This document shows positions 35,773-50,196 of a stretch of DNA of 64,000 nucleotides, one piece after another. Location of the stretch: assembly GCA_020536535.1 (NCBI GenBank), contig JAHLWZ010000004.1, forward strand, positions 329,673-393,672. Reading direction: 5' to 3'. The DNA is from Pelomyxa schiedti. Taxonomy: Eukaryota > Protista > Evosea. The position numbers and the translations under genes were made by a program. The stretch's first letter is position 1. Each line of letters begins with the position of its first letter. A model generated the notes under the pieces. It was not told the origin of the DNA, did no database searches, and saw nothing but the letters and a program-made list of their open reading frames with translations.

Positions 35773-36900
35773 GAACCTCACTCTGTTAAAGTGGCGGCAA
35801 TTCAAGTTTCTTCTGACCTTGCTAACACCCCAAAAAATATTGAGAAAATTGTTCCTCTTTGTGAAGAAGCAGCTGCAAACGGTTCTCCAAATATATCTAA
35901 GCTTTTTTTTTTATGAGATATCAAGGTGCCAAGTTCATTGTGCTGCCAGAATGTGCTCTGACGGGATACTTGAGCCAAGATTTGAAGATAAACTGGCACC
36001 TCCCAGGCAGATCTTTACACTCGTACTTTCAAGATTCTTCTTTGCTGTTAGAATACTTATGAATCTAGCAAATTTACTGGACTCAATCCTGAGCCACATG
36101 CCTTAAGAGTGAGCAGCCCCGAAGTAAAAAGCTTTGGGCCCCTTGCCAAAAGAATTGGAAGTTATATTTCTGTACCTTTCGTAGAATTCTGTACTACTTC
36201 AGGAAATTACTATAATACCATATGCCTTGTCTCTCCTCATACAGGAGGAGTGGTAGCAACATATCGGAAGATGAACCCATGGTATTCACATTTTTTGGTG
36301 GATTAATAAGTACTTATACACTTTCAGGCCGCATCCAGAGGTGTCGTGGGCAACAGCAGGTCTCTACATTTGATACTCCTACAAATAACACACTCTAGGG
36401 CTCGCACCTGTGTGCTATCAAACCGAGTATGGCAAGGTTGGTCTTGCTGTATGCTTTGGTATATCTTCCCCTTGCACCCTTCTTTTCTGAAGAAGTCATT
36501 TACAGATATACATTCTGTCCTCCCGTTGTACAAAACTGAAGGAATTTGGACTCTCTTGTATTCTATAGCATGGGTACAAAACTATACACATAACTGGCCA
36601 CTAAATCCAATAAGGTTGACGGAGAACCACTTGCAAGATGGTTCCACAATCTTCTACCAGAAAGGTATTTGATTTCTCTGACACTCTCCACAATAACACC
36701 CAAAGAGATTGCGGACTTATGACTTTAACGTAGTTGGTGCCAACTGGGCAGTGGACCACTACCAAGTAATTTCCACCCCTTTGCTTCAAGGAATTGCTCA
36801 CTCTCACATAGCCTTGGTTTGGATATGGGTCAAGTACCATTTTCCGGTCACATGGAGAAGTTGTCAGCACTGCAAGTAACTCCTATGGCTCGGAGATAGT
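35773..36900 (+). CDS. Carbon-nitrogen hydrolase (nitrilase superfamily), multi-exon; the 5' exon and 3' end are not resolved
   Basis: Exons encode EPHSVKVAAIQVSSDLANTPKNIEKIVPLCEEAAANG | GAKFIVLPECALTGYLSQDLK.. (E of the catalytic triad), ..IGSYISVPFVEFCTTSGNYYNTICLVSPHTGGVVATYRKMNPW (K motif YRK.H) and ..TEYGKVGLAVCF.. (Cys motif). The CN-hydrolase-like segments at 34900-35600 may belong to this gene or to a neighbour. Confidence 0.55.
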
Positions 36901-37188
36901 ATATGCCACGCTTCCTTCTCAGCCTCAGGGTCGTACTACCAACAATTCACGTCCTTCACCCAAATTCTCTACTGCCACCCGGGTTTGTCTTCTCAGTTTT
37001 TCTCTCCTTTTAGCCGTACTATTCCTCTACCACTTATGCACCTAAGCACACTATAACACATCCAGAACAAGCAAAAAAAAATGTGAATTGGCCAAATTCT
37101 ATAGACAAAATGTTCTATTGACACTGTAGACAATAAGGTCACCTTTTGTATGTCTATATGAGGGTCTGTATGAGGAGGTTTGCATTTC

Positions 37189-38974
<1,786 letters not shown>

Positions 38975-39199
38975 CTATCCTTTGTGTTGTTGGTTGGTTG
39001 CTATTTATTGTTTTGTGGTGGTTATGCTTTTTTTTTGTATTTGTATGATTTGCTTATTGGAGACAACAAAATTTGCGCTTATAAGTCATTACTAATCTTG
39101 AATTCTATTGTTTCCCAATCGATTTATTTTCCTCATCGGGATTTTTTCCGATTCCCGTTTCTTAGAGCATAACACAATCTTAGGGTTTATTTTTGCTGA

Positions 39200-39731
39200 A
39201 GGGAGCCGTTGTGTTGTTTTGCTTCACGTTGTTGTGGAAATGTCTTGGGAAGTTACAAGTGCTGCAGAACTTCGAAACTGCGCTTGACTCCTCCTCTTTG
39301 GGCAGCAGGGAAGCAGGTATCACATACACGAACTGTGAAATACATATATTAGTAGAGTGTTTGTTTGTGGTGAGGGGGATAATACCGGCATTGGTATATT
39401 TAAGGTTGGCGATAGGGGTTTTTCTCGCTGCGCACTTATTGCAAAAAATCTAGGGTTGTTTGTTAGAAGAAGGAGAATAGAGAAACAGAACAACCATGGC
39501 ACAATGTCTGCAGTGGTGCTTACGTGTAAGAACTGAAAAATGTAAGCCGCATTGATTGCAGCCTGTGGCTTGACTATCCGGCTGCCAAGAGGGTCGTTCC
39601 CGTATTTCCGGGGGAATGGGTGTTGATGGGGCCTGTGTTACTCCGGTAGAGACGGGACTCACTGCGAGGCCACTTTGATTTCCTAGCGAGGATAGTGCTT
39701 GTTGCATTGGTATTGAGGGGCGGCCAAACAT
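39200..39731 (-). CDS. FYVE zinc-finger protein, multi-exon
   Basis: MFGRPSIPMQQ.. ..PPEIRERPSWQPDSQATGCNQCGLHFSVLTRKHHCRHCAMV | IFCNKCAARKTPI.. after a 42-nt GTTCTG..AG intron. This matches the FYVE signature W.PD....C..C...F....RRHHCR.CG..FC..CS. Confidence 0.55.
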
Positions 39732-39899
39732 AAAATGAGGGGCAAGAAGAGTGAATGCAATTGGGATTGAGTTACCTGTGTTGAATTAGGATGTGTTATT
39801 TTATTTCGGAGGCTTGTACCAGGTACTTCTAATTCTACAATAAGTTCGTATGATGATTTGATGTGTTTAGACTTGGTGGATGGCTGCAAAGTTGTTGGG

Positions 39900-40490
39900 A
39901 GGGAAAACGGAATATACCTTTTATTTATTGATTTCTAGGAAGTTATTAATGAAGACTACGGTTATTACCTAGTGCCAAGATAACATGGCTCGAAAGGGGG
40001 GTGATGTTGTATGCCACCGGCAACTTTGGTTCGTAGTTGTTTAGTATGTGCCATGGCACCATCCCCAACACACATGTCAAGTGTGTGGTCGACATGAACA
40101 TTAATGCTGGAGGTAGGCTTGGTGACTGAACTGTTTACATTCAGCTTTACAAGAATTCGTTCCCCTGTAATATTGTGAGAGATGCAGTATAATTATAGCC
40201 TATGTCTTACCAGGGAAATATGTGTGGTTATCTAAGCTAGCAGTCATACTTAGTTCCCCTTTGTGGAATGGCCGTGTGCTTGTACAAGTATTGATCATTT
40301 TTACTCTGTCTAAATGCTCATTGACTACTAAGCGCACACGGTGTTGCAGAAGAGCAATTTTAGGAGCAGTGGTTGTAGTAGGTCGTATTTGGAGAGTAGC
40401 AGATCGAAGAGATGCTCCTCCTGCTAGTTGAGGGGATATACCAGCCAGAATTGCTTTCACTTTGAAAGAAACCTTGCCTCGATGAGCCAA
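39900..40490 (-). CDS. Hypothetical beta-sandwich-like protein exons (arrestin-like? tentative)
   Basis: Two adjacent minus-strand exons read ..GKVSFKVKAILAGISPQLAGGASLRSATLQIRPTT..HRVRLVVNEHLDRVKMINTCTSTRPFHKGELSMTASLDNHTYFPG | ERILVKLNVNSSVTKPTSSINVHVDHTLDMCVGDG... The alternating hydrophobic pattern suggests beta strands. No family could be assigned. Confidence 0.25.
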
Positions 40491-41590
40491 CCCCTTTAAT
40501 CAATAGCTGAAAAAAAGGAAATACCATAGCCTTGAATCCTGTACCAATTTTCCAATCTCCTCCATTGAATTTGCATGTGCAAGGAAGATTGGGGGGCAGA
40601 GGAATCCTATCCAGTGTTAGGTCTCAGGAATATTATGGGGAGTTTTACATGAAAGGGATAATGTATCGCCCTGCTGACATTGGTCCATGTATTTCCATTA
40701 ACATTTTCCGCTGTTGGGGTCATTAATTGAGCTTTTCGTTGGATAGGGTGGTACATTAGAAAACAGAGTGTTTTTTATTTGCTGCGTTTTGATTGGACCA
40801 GGGTCATCTCCCTCTGATGTAGAGGAAGATTGGGACTGTGACCTGTAGAATTCACAGGAGTTTAAGAATTGAAACCCAGTCAAGATTACAGTCAAAATAA
40901 ACAACGATGCAATAGGAAGAAACGAAACTGTTTTTCTTGAAACATGACCCTCTCTGCCCCAGATAGAACAATAACAAGATCATTGACAGCTGGAAACTCC
41001 TCACCCAGTTGTATAATTACATTCCCTGCAGTTGCAAATCAACCAAGAGTGCACAACGCATAAACAGAAACAGAATGACAATTGTGGGATATTGGTTGCT
41101 TTACCACTGACCATGTCGCCACCAAGGAACGAAGGTGAAAAAACATCCACGTGCATTTCATTTATCCCTGTTGTTGTGTCACAAACCAAACTCGGAGCAG
41201 GGGAACATGTCACACCCGGCATTGTGTGATCGTCGAATGATGAGCCGTGAGGTATTTTGGGTCAAATAGGCAAAGAATCGTCTTCATATTGGAAGACCAC
41301 AGAGCACTGTGGCATGGCACTCTGGGACGCCAGTAGTTTTTACAGTTAGCTGAGACGGGCTGCATATCTGAGATCTACTGCAAGGAAATGTCAAGGTAGT
41401 TTCTCTGAAGTTCGGAGCTTCCATCAAATTGCACGACGATACGCAGATAGGCAGGACTGTCTTTCTGCCGATTTATTTTTTTGGTGGTACAAAGTTATCC
41501 ACAACTCAAAAAAAAATTACAAAAAAAACCTTTCAAGGCTTGTAATGGTGTCGTTAGTTTGCACAAACACAAAACATAATTTCTCCCCAC

Positions 41591-43282
41591 TTGTTGCACT
41601 TTTACCGGGTGTCGTTGCTTTACTTATTGCTGTTAATGCAGAAGAAGCAGTCACGCAACCAACCCAAGGAGGGATCTAGCACGCCTGCTACTGAGGCGAA
41701 AGATGCAACAAAAAGCGTTGATGCACGCTCCTCCAAGATTGATGGGGCCCGTAACCTGGTGTTCGTTTTGGGGCTCAATTACTTGATCACAACTTTCACT
41801 CTAAACTACCTCGCTGGGAGGAGAATCATTGATACAAGGCTACTGGTCACTGGCTTTTTGTCTGTGGATTTCCTAATACTGGTTGGTACTTCGAAACAAA
41901 AACTGCTCACAATCATAACACAAAAAAAAATCATCTGTTTAACGAAAATTCAAGGTTTGCTGGTTTTTGTTAGTGGAAATCTTCCTTTCATTCACTGCAT
42001 GGGGTTTGATTGCTATTTTTCAAATCCACAAGTTGCCCAAGTTTTGGTCAGGATTAATACACTACGGTCACTTGTCCATCCTCTTTGGAAGGTTTTTCCC
42101 CATATAACAATGTTATTATTCATTGTTTTAGTACAATGTACGTGTGTCTCTGCTGGAAGCTCGCATTTACCCCTCGTACTGCCGGATTTGTAGAAATGCT
42201 TGTTCTTTGCCTCAAAATGCACTCCTTTGTACACTATCACAGACACACGGTCCCCACTCCGTCCCCTCCTACTTTCTGGCAGTACTTCGAATATCTACTG
42301 TTTCCAACCCTCATTTATCAGCCGTCTTACCCAAGAACGAGCCACATTGACTGGCGCTATATGATACAGCAACTAGTTTTGTGCGTTGGCACTCTTACAG
42401 TTGAGTTGTGACTCTCTTCATTTTCTTGCTCACATTCACGAAGGTACTGTATGTGCTGACAACCGAAGTGATTGCGCCAGTGCTCGAACAAGCAATTGTA
42501 AGTCCTCCTTTGGAGAGTGTGATGAAATTGTTGATTCCATTCCTTCTTGGGTACTTGCTGATGTGGTTCATGGTTTTTGACATTATTTTAACTGGTATGC
42601 TTGAAGCCTTTTCTTGTTCTTTCCCACAAGTCACAGGGTTTGCTGAAATTTCCCGATTCAAACCAAGAGAGTTCTATCTCGATTGGTGGAATAGCACTAC
42701 CTTCTCAGAGTATAATCGCAGATGGAACAAGCCAGTCCACGAATGGCTCACCAAATACGTCTACATTGAAGTAAGTTGACGCATGCCTGTAAAAACCCAT
42801 CTTAATCCATCTCTCAGGTACAAAACAGTTGGGGTTGCTCCAAAATTGTGGCTGGGCTGTGCACTTTCTTTGTATCTGCTATTGCACATGAATTGTTCTT
42901 CATTGTCACTTTTCGTATTGTGAGAATGTACTGGTTGACTGTAAGCGTTTCAGCTAAAGTGTGAATTGTCTTATTTCCCAAAGCTTATGATGCTGCAAAT
43001 GCCACTGTATATTCTGGGAGAAGGCCTCCGGGACACAAAGCTTGGGAACTTTGTATGTTGCTTTTCTCCAAGAATGCTTCCGACTCAACAATATTGCAGA
43101 TTTTCTGGCAAGGCATTGTGATAGGTATTCCCATGCAAGTCGTTATGTACGCCCGTGAAGCATTTGGCGGCTATTCCATGTTTTGGACTCTTCAATTCCC
43201 ATGCATTTGCATTGCTAGTTCAGCCGCTTTACTGGGAGGAGTTTTGATGCTGTTCTCAAACAACCACAAAAAACGAGTGTAA
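41591..43282 (+). CDS. MBOAT acyltransferase of the ACAT/DGAT1 family (sterol O-acyltransferase-like), multi-exon
   Basis: The sequence contains ..[46 protein letters not shown].. and the family signature [42 protein letters not shown] (compare ACAT/DGAT1 FYRDWWNS.S...Y.R.WN.PVH.W). There are multiple hydrophobic TM segments. Confidence 0.75.
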
Positions 43283-43649
43283 GCAAATAGTAAAAGAATT
43301 CAAAAAAAAAAAAACTCAAAATTTTTGTTTCCAAATATTTGTATCGAGGTCTGTCTCTTTTTGTCCAGGGGATTGGCCTCACAATCATGTCTCACTCTCC
43401 ACCATAAACCACCCATTTGATTGGACCCACAGTAATTCCTTTGAACTGCAAAGAAAGGAGATGACTGACAGGTACAAGGTAAATGGGGGTATCTCTGCCT
43501 ATCTGATACATCAGCCACAACGCGAACTGCTAAAGTGCATTTATAGCGCCGTGCGTCACACAGAAAGCAGAGTACAGTCGATAGTGACCCAATCATGCTT
43601 GGCAAAGGCTGTGACTATGGAGACAGCTTGATTCTACCATTAGGACACT

Positions 43650-45208
43650 TCAACAATGGTAACATTTGTCCTGATTGTTGCGCGAGGGACAGCGGAGGAA
43701 ACGACCTGTTGGAGAGAAAGTGAGTACTTGAGGGACAATCACTGAACCATCTAGTACCTCTCCGACAATCCAGGCAGGATAGCCATCTATTGCCTGTAAC
43801 TCCGAGCACATGGCTTGCGCTGCTGCAAGCGACGGTAGGCAAACGAGAAGTCCTCCAGAGGTCTCTGCTGATACTCCAACAAGGAGCCCAAAGTCGTAGG
43901 CATCATTTACGCGAGCCATGCCAGCTATCACAGGTAGCGTGTGGATTTCAATGGAACAGGGAGTGGTCTGCTCCTTAGCCTTCCATTTTGTTAGTTTTTA
44001 GTTGGTATGGAGGAGGAAGCACACGAGATTTTGAGAATGGCCAAGTATGCCAAACCCTGTCACATCTGTTGCTGCATGAGCTCCTGAAATTCGTTAGATG
44101 CAGCAATTGGTGGTGTCCCTACCATATTTGTGCATTAGCTCTGCGCCTGTCTTATTCAATCTAGACATGTTGGCTGCAGCAAGATTGTAAGCTCGTGTCA
44201 CCTCTTCGGGAGTGATGATCCCTTTGATCTCGTCCCACATTCCAGGAGTATTTGGCTTCTGTGCACACATCCATTGATGTGCGTTAACTGCTAACTGCGT
44301 ACCCAGAGGTTTTGTGAGAATAACGATGTCCCCAGCAACAGCATGTATTGGTCTATTATGAAGTCAGAGAGTCCCAATTCAAAAGAAGATACCGTATTAT
44401 TCCACTATCTGGCTGAACGGACATTGCAACACCACCAATGATGGGCCTTTTGTTGGTTGAAAGGTTATTTTGTGAGTATATGAGTTATATACCAGGGATT
44501 TCGGACGCTTTGTCCTCCAGTTACCATGGTCCCTGCCTTTCGAGCAAGGTCTTGAGAAAATCAATTCACTGGAAGAAGATAATATCGGGAAAACCTGTGA
44601 AACCCTTCATCATCTGTGTTGTAACTATTCTTCGGTGAGCAGGAGAAGGAATTTCCTCGGAGGATGCAAGTAGCATTAACATAGTATCACATCGAGTAAT
44701 GCCCATACTGTACAAGTCCGACAACACATTGGCACACCCAATCATGCCCTGAAAGGAAAAGTTAGGTGCCCACCTCCAATTCCAGAAAAAAAATAGGGTA
44801 TCAGACTTGAACATAGGGATCATCAATTACAGGATAGAAAAACTGCAAGGAGGTCAAAGGGCTCAAAAAAAAAAAAAAAAAAAAAAAAGCTCAAACAACT
44901 CACATCGGTAGTTGAAACCAAAAAGGTCCCGGGGGTAAATGTCTCCACAACAGAGCAATCTGATATCAAGGCAGCCTCGCACGCGGAAGGGGTCGTCGTC
45001 TCACTCGTGAACACAGTTTCTTTGAGCAACTGATGCAGTTCTGACTGGGGTATCTTACACCCTGTTCCCACGGTCATTCACCCGTCCCATAACGAATACG
45101 CGGGGAAAAAACAGCGAGCGAGTCACCTCATCCTTTAAGCCTCGTGTAGTCCGTCAACTTAAACGTATCCGGCAGCCCGTAGGCAGACGGCGGCTGAATC
45201 TGTGCCAT
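43650..45208 (-). CDS. Selenophosphate synthetase (SelD/SPS2-type) with an in-frame TGA selenocysteine codon at 45130..45128; multi-exon
   Basis: Exon 1 (45208..45127) encodes MAQIQPPSAYGLPDTFKLTDYTRLKG-TGA-g. After a roughly 64-nt GTGACT..AACAG intron, exon 2 continues GCKIPQSELHQLLKETV... This rebuilds the SPS2 active-site motif KG-U-GCK(V/I)PQ. Later exons encode ..GMIGCANVLSDLYSMGITRCDTMLMLLASSEE..MMKGF.. and ..GLLVGVSAETSGGLLVCLPSLAAAQAMCSELQAIDGYPAWIVGE | ..TNVTIVEVS*, matching the SelD/SPS C-terminal region. EF-1alpha in the same window ends with TGA as a stop, so the standard code is in use. Confidence 0.7.
44865..44888 (+). repeat. (A)24 homopolymer inside a SelD intron
   Basis: A run of 24 A on the plus strand (poly-T in the minus-strand transcript) lies between SelD exons. 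Confidence 0.9.
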
Positions 45209-47136
45209 TACAACAAAAGCACCGAAACTTTTTACTACTTTTGAAATTTCGCTTCTTCAACTTCTTGTATCTCAGAATCAGCAGTACGGTACTTCCATAC
45301 AGTTTGTTGGTCACCCTAACTGCTACTATCCATAGGTTGTGCTACTCAACCCTTATAACGCTCTCTCATACCCGCCAAGCAAAGAAGTGACACCTGTGTG
45401 GACATCAGAGAACCCCAGCCCGCACGACCTGTCGTTGGGTGGCACCCAATGCAGTAGCTAGCTGACCCCTCAGCTAAAGAGAAAGAAACCACCTGTGATG
45501 GCCACAATTCACATTCACATTCACACAAGCCCAAGCAAGATTCAATATGTGAATTGTTGTATATCTGCATCTCAGAGAGGGGCCACACTAAAGTCACCAC
45601 CACGAATTGGCTATGCAAATCACCCAACAACAGAATCAACAGGTCTGGTTAGCACTCCCCACCAGGTGTATCTTGCTTTAGTGCTCATCAATATCACTCA
45701 AATGCAAAATGAATAGTAACAATAATGACAATGCTGGCAACCAGAAATGAAATTGGTGTGGCAACAAGCATTTCACATGTCCATGATTAATAAACAAAGC
45801 ATGCTTGGCACCCAATTGAGTCTCAAAAGCTTTCTCCCACTGTGACCATCATCACACAGCACCACCAAACAGCCAGACACCACACTAGCACCCCAACACC
45901 CTTGCTTTCAACAACTAATAGTAACTTAAGGATGCCAAAAGCAACAACACAAAAAAAAACCAAGACACAATAACAAGAACACATGTGTTGTAGTGTACTT
46001 CAAAATCGAATCAGTGTCGACGTGGAAAAGCAACTGTGATCTATCTATATTGACTAGCTCCCCTCCGCATTCTGCTGTCTCCGCTAGTGCTACGACTTGG
46101 TTGGTTTTCTGCCTGGGTGTGTGGTGGGCTGTGATGTGATGATTATGGGAGCTATTAGGGCTTTCTATTTTATGCGGCTATTCTTATGGTAATGATAATA
46201 TGCTTTCAATTTAATCAATTAATGCTCATTAACTACTCCAGATGTTAGTGGGTCTATGTGTGTTACGAGTGAGGTTCCAACAACGAGAAGAGGGAAGTCA
46301 AAGTATGTTTCAAGGCTGGAGTGCGGGCAGCAAGCAGTTACTTCACAATTGGTTGCACTGGCTTCCGCTAATAAAAACTGCAGGGTCGAGCTAGGTATAC
46401 CTCCTTGCCACCATAAATACCACTTAAGATCCATCCGCACTTGACAAGTGCAGTCACTTTTAGTGATGACGTGAGCATTTTTGGTGATGGAACAAATACC
46501 TGTGTTACTGTTGCTGGGGATAAGCTTAATGACTGGGATCAGAAAGTAATAAAATCCCCACTGTCTTAGTTCCAATCGTAGAAATCTGGGTTCACAGTCA
46601 GCCTCCTCATAGCATCATCCTCCTCTTTTTGTTTTTGTAGTATAAATGCAAATTAAATGTGTTGCCAAACAACTAGGGAAAACTTTGTAACTATCAATTG
46701 TTAGCTGCCCCCATACTAGTTGCCTCTCTGATATAATAGCCCGCTGGTGATCTCACTCAAAATTAGATACCACTTTATTGAACACAACCACACATTGAAG
46801 TGGCAACAAACAGTTTTACTGTGTACTGTTGGGTTGAATTTGCTTATTTACTATCAAGACACACAGCCCAGTCTCAGAGTTGTCGTCAAATAGCACTTGC
46901 CTCAAAATGGTGCCGCTACAAAGCTAACCAGCAACAACACTCCAACTTGGTGCTGGACTGTCATGGCACTCTAATTGCACCCAAGGAATTATGGTTGAAC
47001 TTCTAGAATAACATTCATTAGGTAAGAGCCTTAACCAACCTCTGGCCACACTGTCAGCATACCCTTCTAATTGTTTGTAAAAAGAAGAATCAAGACGCAG
47101 TTTAACGCCATGTGCATTGGCAATATTTTGGGTCAT

Positions 47137-48110
47137 CCTGCGGTCTTGAATCTGTTAAATATTAATTATTTAAATACAAGCAAATGATTCTGAGACGCAT
47201 ACAGTCTTAAGATTAGCCTCAGTGGTAAACAGAGCCAGAGCTTTTTCTTTAGTGAACTGGTTTTTGCCACTTGATGGAAACCCAGGTCCTTGGCATATTT
47301 TCTGTTAAACCAGTGGAAAAGAGAAGTCCATAGCATAGTTTCCAAGTTGGAGAGGTGCTGGAGGTGGAATCTCTAAGAACCGGTTCATTCTTTCGTGGGA
47401 GACATTGTCTACTCCTCCAGTAGGAGCTTCCAGTGGACTGTACCGGTTGGGGGCACACTCTTACGCCTTGTAGGCAGGGCTTCCGGTCTTTCCCACTCAC
47501 CCTTGAGTGTGTATACACTTCTCCCTGTGCTGAATCCACAATGCTTGTTTCTTCTTCAAGTTCTTCGTCGGGTTGTTCTTTGAGTTCTTCTTCGAGTTCT
47601 TGGAACTCTTTGTGCTCTCTGATTTCGTCTTCAAGATCTTCTTGGAAATTTGCTTTTGGTTGGTGTAATATAGATCGGTGTTCGGCGGGCAAAGTCTGCT
47701 CTTTGTTTCCAGTCTGTCTTTCTGAAGTGTAAGTGGTTTCATCCTCACCCAGTTGGTTTGCCTTGGTCTGATGTTCGACAAGGGGATGGACTGAACACCA
47801 CTTTTGGTTTTTTCTTTTGTTGGCTGGATGGGGACTGATGTTTTTTGCAGCTTTCTTTCTCTGTTTTGTGGAGAAGTGGAGATAGGTCCGTGGTTCTTGC
47901 GGCACTGAACTTCGGAGGTTTTCTTGGTTCTTCCAGTTCAGATTTCCTAAGGCGTTTACTGGGAGATACCTCCTGCGCCGAATTATCAGCAGTACTAGGC
48001 TTGCTGGAACTAGTACTAGTAGTTGTATATGTTGTGGTAGTAGAAGATGATGGCGAGGACTTTGGCACTGAGGAAGCAGAGTTTTGGTGACCAGCAAGTG
48101 GCAGGTTCAC
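47137..48110 (-). CDS. Hypothetical acidic / Lys-rich nuclear-type protein (low complexity), multi-exon
   Basis: Overlapping minus-strand ORFs are rich in S/T then E/K (..EDLEDEIREHKEFQELEEELKEQPDEELEEE..). Downstream exons encode ..KNQFTKEKALALFTTEANLK.. and ..MTQNIANAHGVKLRLDSSFYKQLEGYADSVARGW... No family was assigned. Confidence 0.25.
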
Positions 48111-49077
48111 TCCAATGGATTCAATTGAGTCAGTAGGGCTCCTCCTTCATGGCACAGTTGGCTCCGCCACCCAATAATTATCTCTTGCATCATAAGTATC
48201 ATCGGCGCCATCTTGATCCGCAGCAGTACTCACTTCTTTCCTCATCCCAGCTGCTGCTGGAAAGTGCCCCGATTGTGCTGGCATTGATACACGCGGAAGC
48301 GGCGCGAATGGCGACGATAGCTTGGCCCTTTTCTCCAGTATTAGCAAAGCGTGAGGGCGACGATGGTGCTTATCGTTTTTGGTCGTCATTCGCGTCCCTG
48401 TAGTTCCTGACCACCATTCACGGGGTTGTTCTTCTGATTTGAGTATCCAGGGAAACGGAGGATTCTCGGAAATACCAACTTAAGTTTATTGTAATCTGAA
48501 CCACATGGGTATTGATACCGGTGTTGTGGTTGCTGAGGAGGAAATCGAGGGTGTGCTCAAAACGATGACCGACGAGCAGTTAACAGGTTAGGTCCGGCTG
48601 CCGTTTTTGCCAGCGACATCGTGGGTGCTTCGGGATTCCCACACGACGTTTTAGGGTTTCTCCGTGAGGCTTCTTCCAAGTTGGGTCGCATGGTCACAAT
48701 TTTGTCGTCGTGGCATCCAGATATACCTCTCCCTGTCAAGCCAATGAAGCGACCAAGGGTTGTGTTTTCTGATTCTTTTTCGCTTTATTCCTCTCTTGCC
48801 AATTGGATTGTGGGTGGACTAATTCGGTCTCGAAATAGTGTTGTTCTGCTCTTGAAGTTTTATGGCAGTATTTGCACAGTGAAACTAGGCTTGTGAAAGG
48901 AAATCTGTTTTGGACGATCCACATGGCAAAAACTACAGTTCACGTTGTGCCAGGCCAAACATCTTACATTTTATTTACTGGCATTCAAAAAACTAGATTT
49001 CCTCTGGCAAAGATACTGGCAAAAAAGACAAAAACAAGCCTGTCACGTTTGAAAGTGCCGCTGAAGCAACAAGCTTC

Positions 49078-50196
49078 ATGCATGAGCAAATATCTAAACA
49101 AAAATCCCTTGGATTTGGTGTCCCACCTGCAGTTCAAATCGTCGATCGGCTCATAGCAACAAAATATGGCCCTGATTTTCGACCTCCACCAAAAGATACA
49201 AATGAAGAGGAGGAGAGTTGCTTTGAGGAAGTCGAGGATGATGAGGATGATGAAGAGGAAGAAGAAGACGATGATGACGAGGCTGCAGAAGAGGCAACTA
49301 CCAAGAATGGTACAAGTGACAATGAGGTGTCAAGTTCCCCAAAACCCAAAGACCCCCCTTCTAAGAGAGCAAGAACAGTTGTAATTGAGAGCAACTCTGG
49401 CAGTATTGAGAGTCACAACGGTATATCTGAACTGCTTGTACTCAACCTCACCAATTTTAGATGCACAACTTCACGTACCCCTTGAAGGAATAATGAAACT
49501 ACCTCCAAATTTTGTGGTGCAGGTCTTTTCCTACTTGAGCCCAAAGGACCTATGCTCTTCGAGTTCGGTTTGTCACTATTGGCATCAGCTGTGCTCCGCT
49601 GATATCATATGGAACCAGTGTTACCTCAGAACCTGGCCTGATGCAGATCCCACAAGAATTAAAAAGGTACCGTGACATCAACTTTGTGGGGGAGGTGTAA
49701 CGGGCTACAGATTTGGAAATTTTTCGCCAAGGGTAAAACTACCTGGAAAAGAGCCGTACTTGCACAGTACAACTGGGATTTATATTCTTCCTATTGTTCC
49801 TATTGTAACTTTGATGTTGCCGGTGCTGCAGCCGAGTACATTGTTGCCAGAGCCAACAGGAAACACAAAGGCTGTGATTCTGACAGCCCTCTGGATCACC
49901 TATTGCATAGCAAATCCTATGGTGAAGAAGTATTCTATGGTCCGGTGTACATGTACAACTCCAGTGCAGTTGCACACCTTAATGAGCTGCTTGGGGCAAT
50001 ATCCAATTTCACCAGTGCAGAAGAATTCTGGACACCTGAGGAAAAAGGCTGGCCCAGAACACTTGGGGGAATCTGCCCCTCCTGTGATACTCAGTCAGAG
50101 GATGCCCTTCTTGTTGCCCACCACGTTACCAGTTTAAAGATGATTGCGCAAGCAGCAGGGACCCGCCACTGTGCCCTCCTGAAGTACCTGGACTGA
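49078..50196 (+). CDS. F-box protein with acidic N-terminal region, at least 3 exons
   Basis: An acidic exon (..EEVEDDEDDEEEEEDDDDEAAEE..) comes first. After a 23-nt-class short intron, the F-box reads LPPNFVVQVFSYLSPKDLCSSSSVCHYWHQLCSADIIWNQ (compare LP.E.L..IF.YL...DL...S.VCK.W..L..D..LW). A Cys-rich C-terminal exon runs 49672..50196. Confidence 0.5.

Noticed and set aside
43385-43596. Candidate SECIS cores (minus-strand AUGA at 43596..43593 and 43388..43385) in the SelD 3' UTR
   Set aside because: I could not find the required helix-II pairing, AA apical motif and 3' GA partner at proper spacing by eye. They are left as sites to test computationally rather than called as features.
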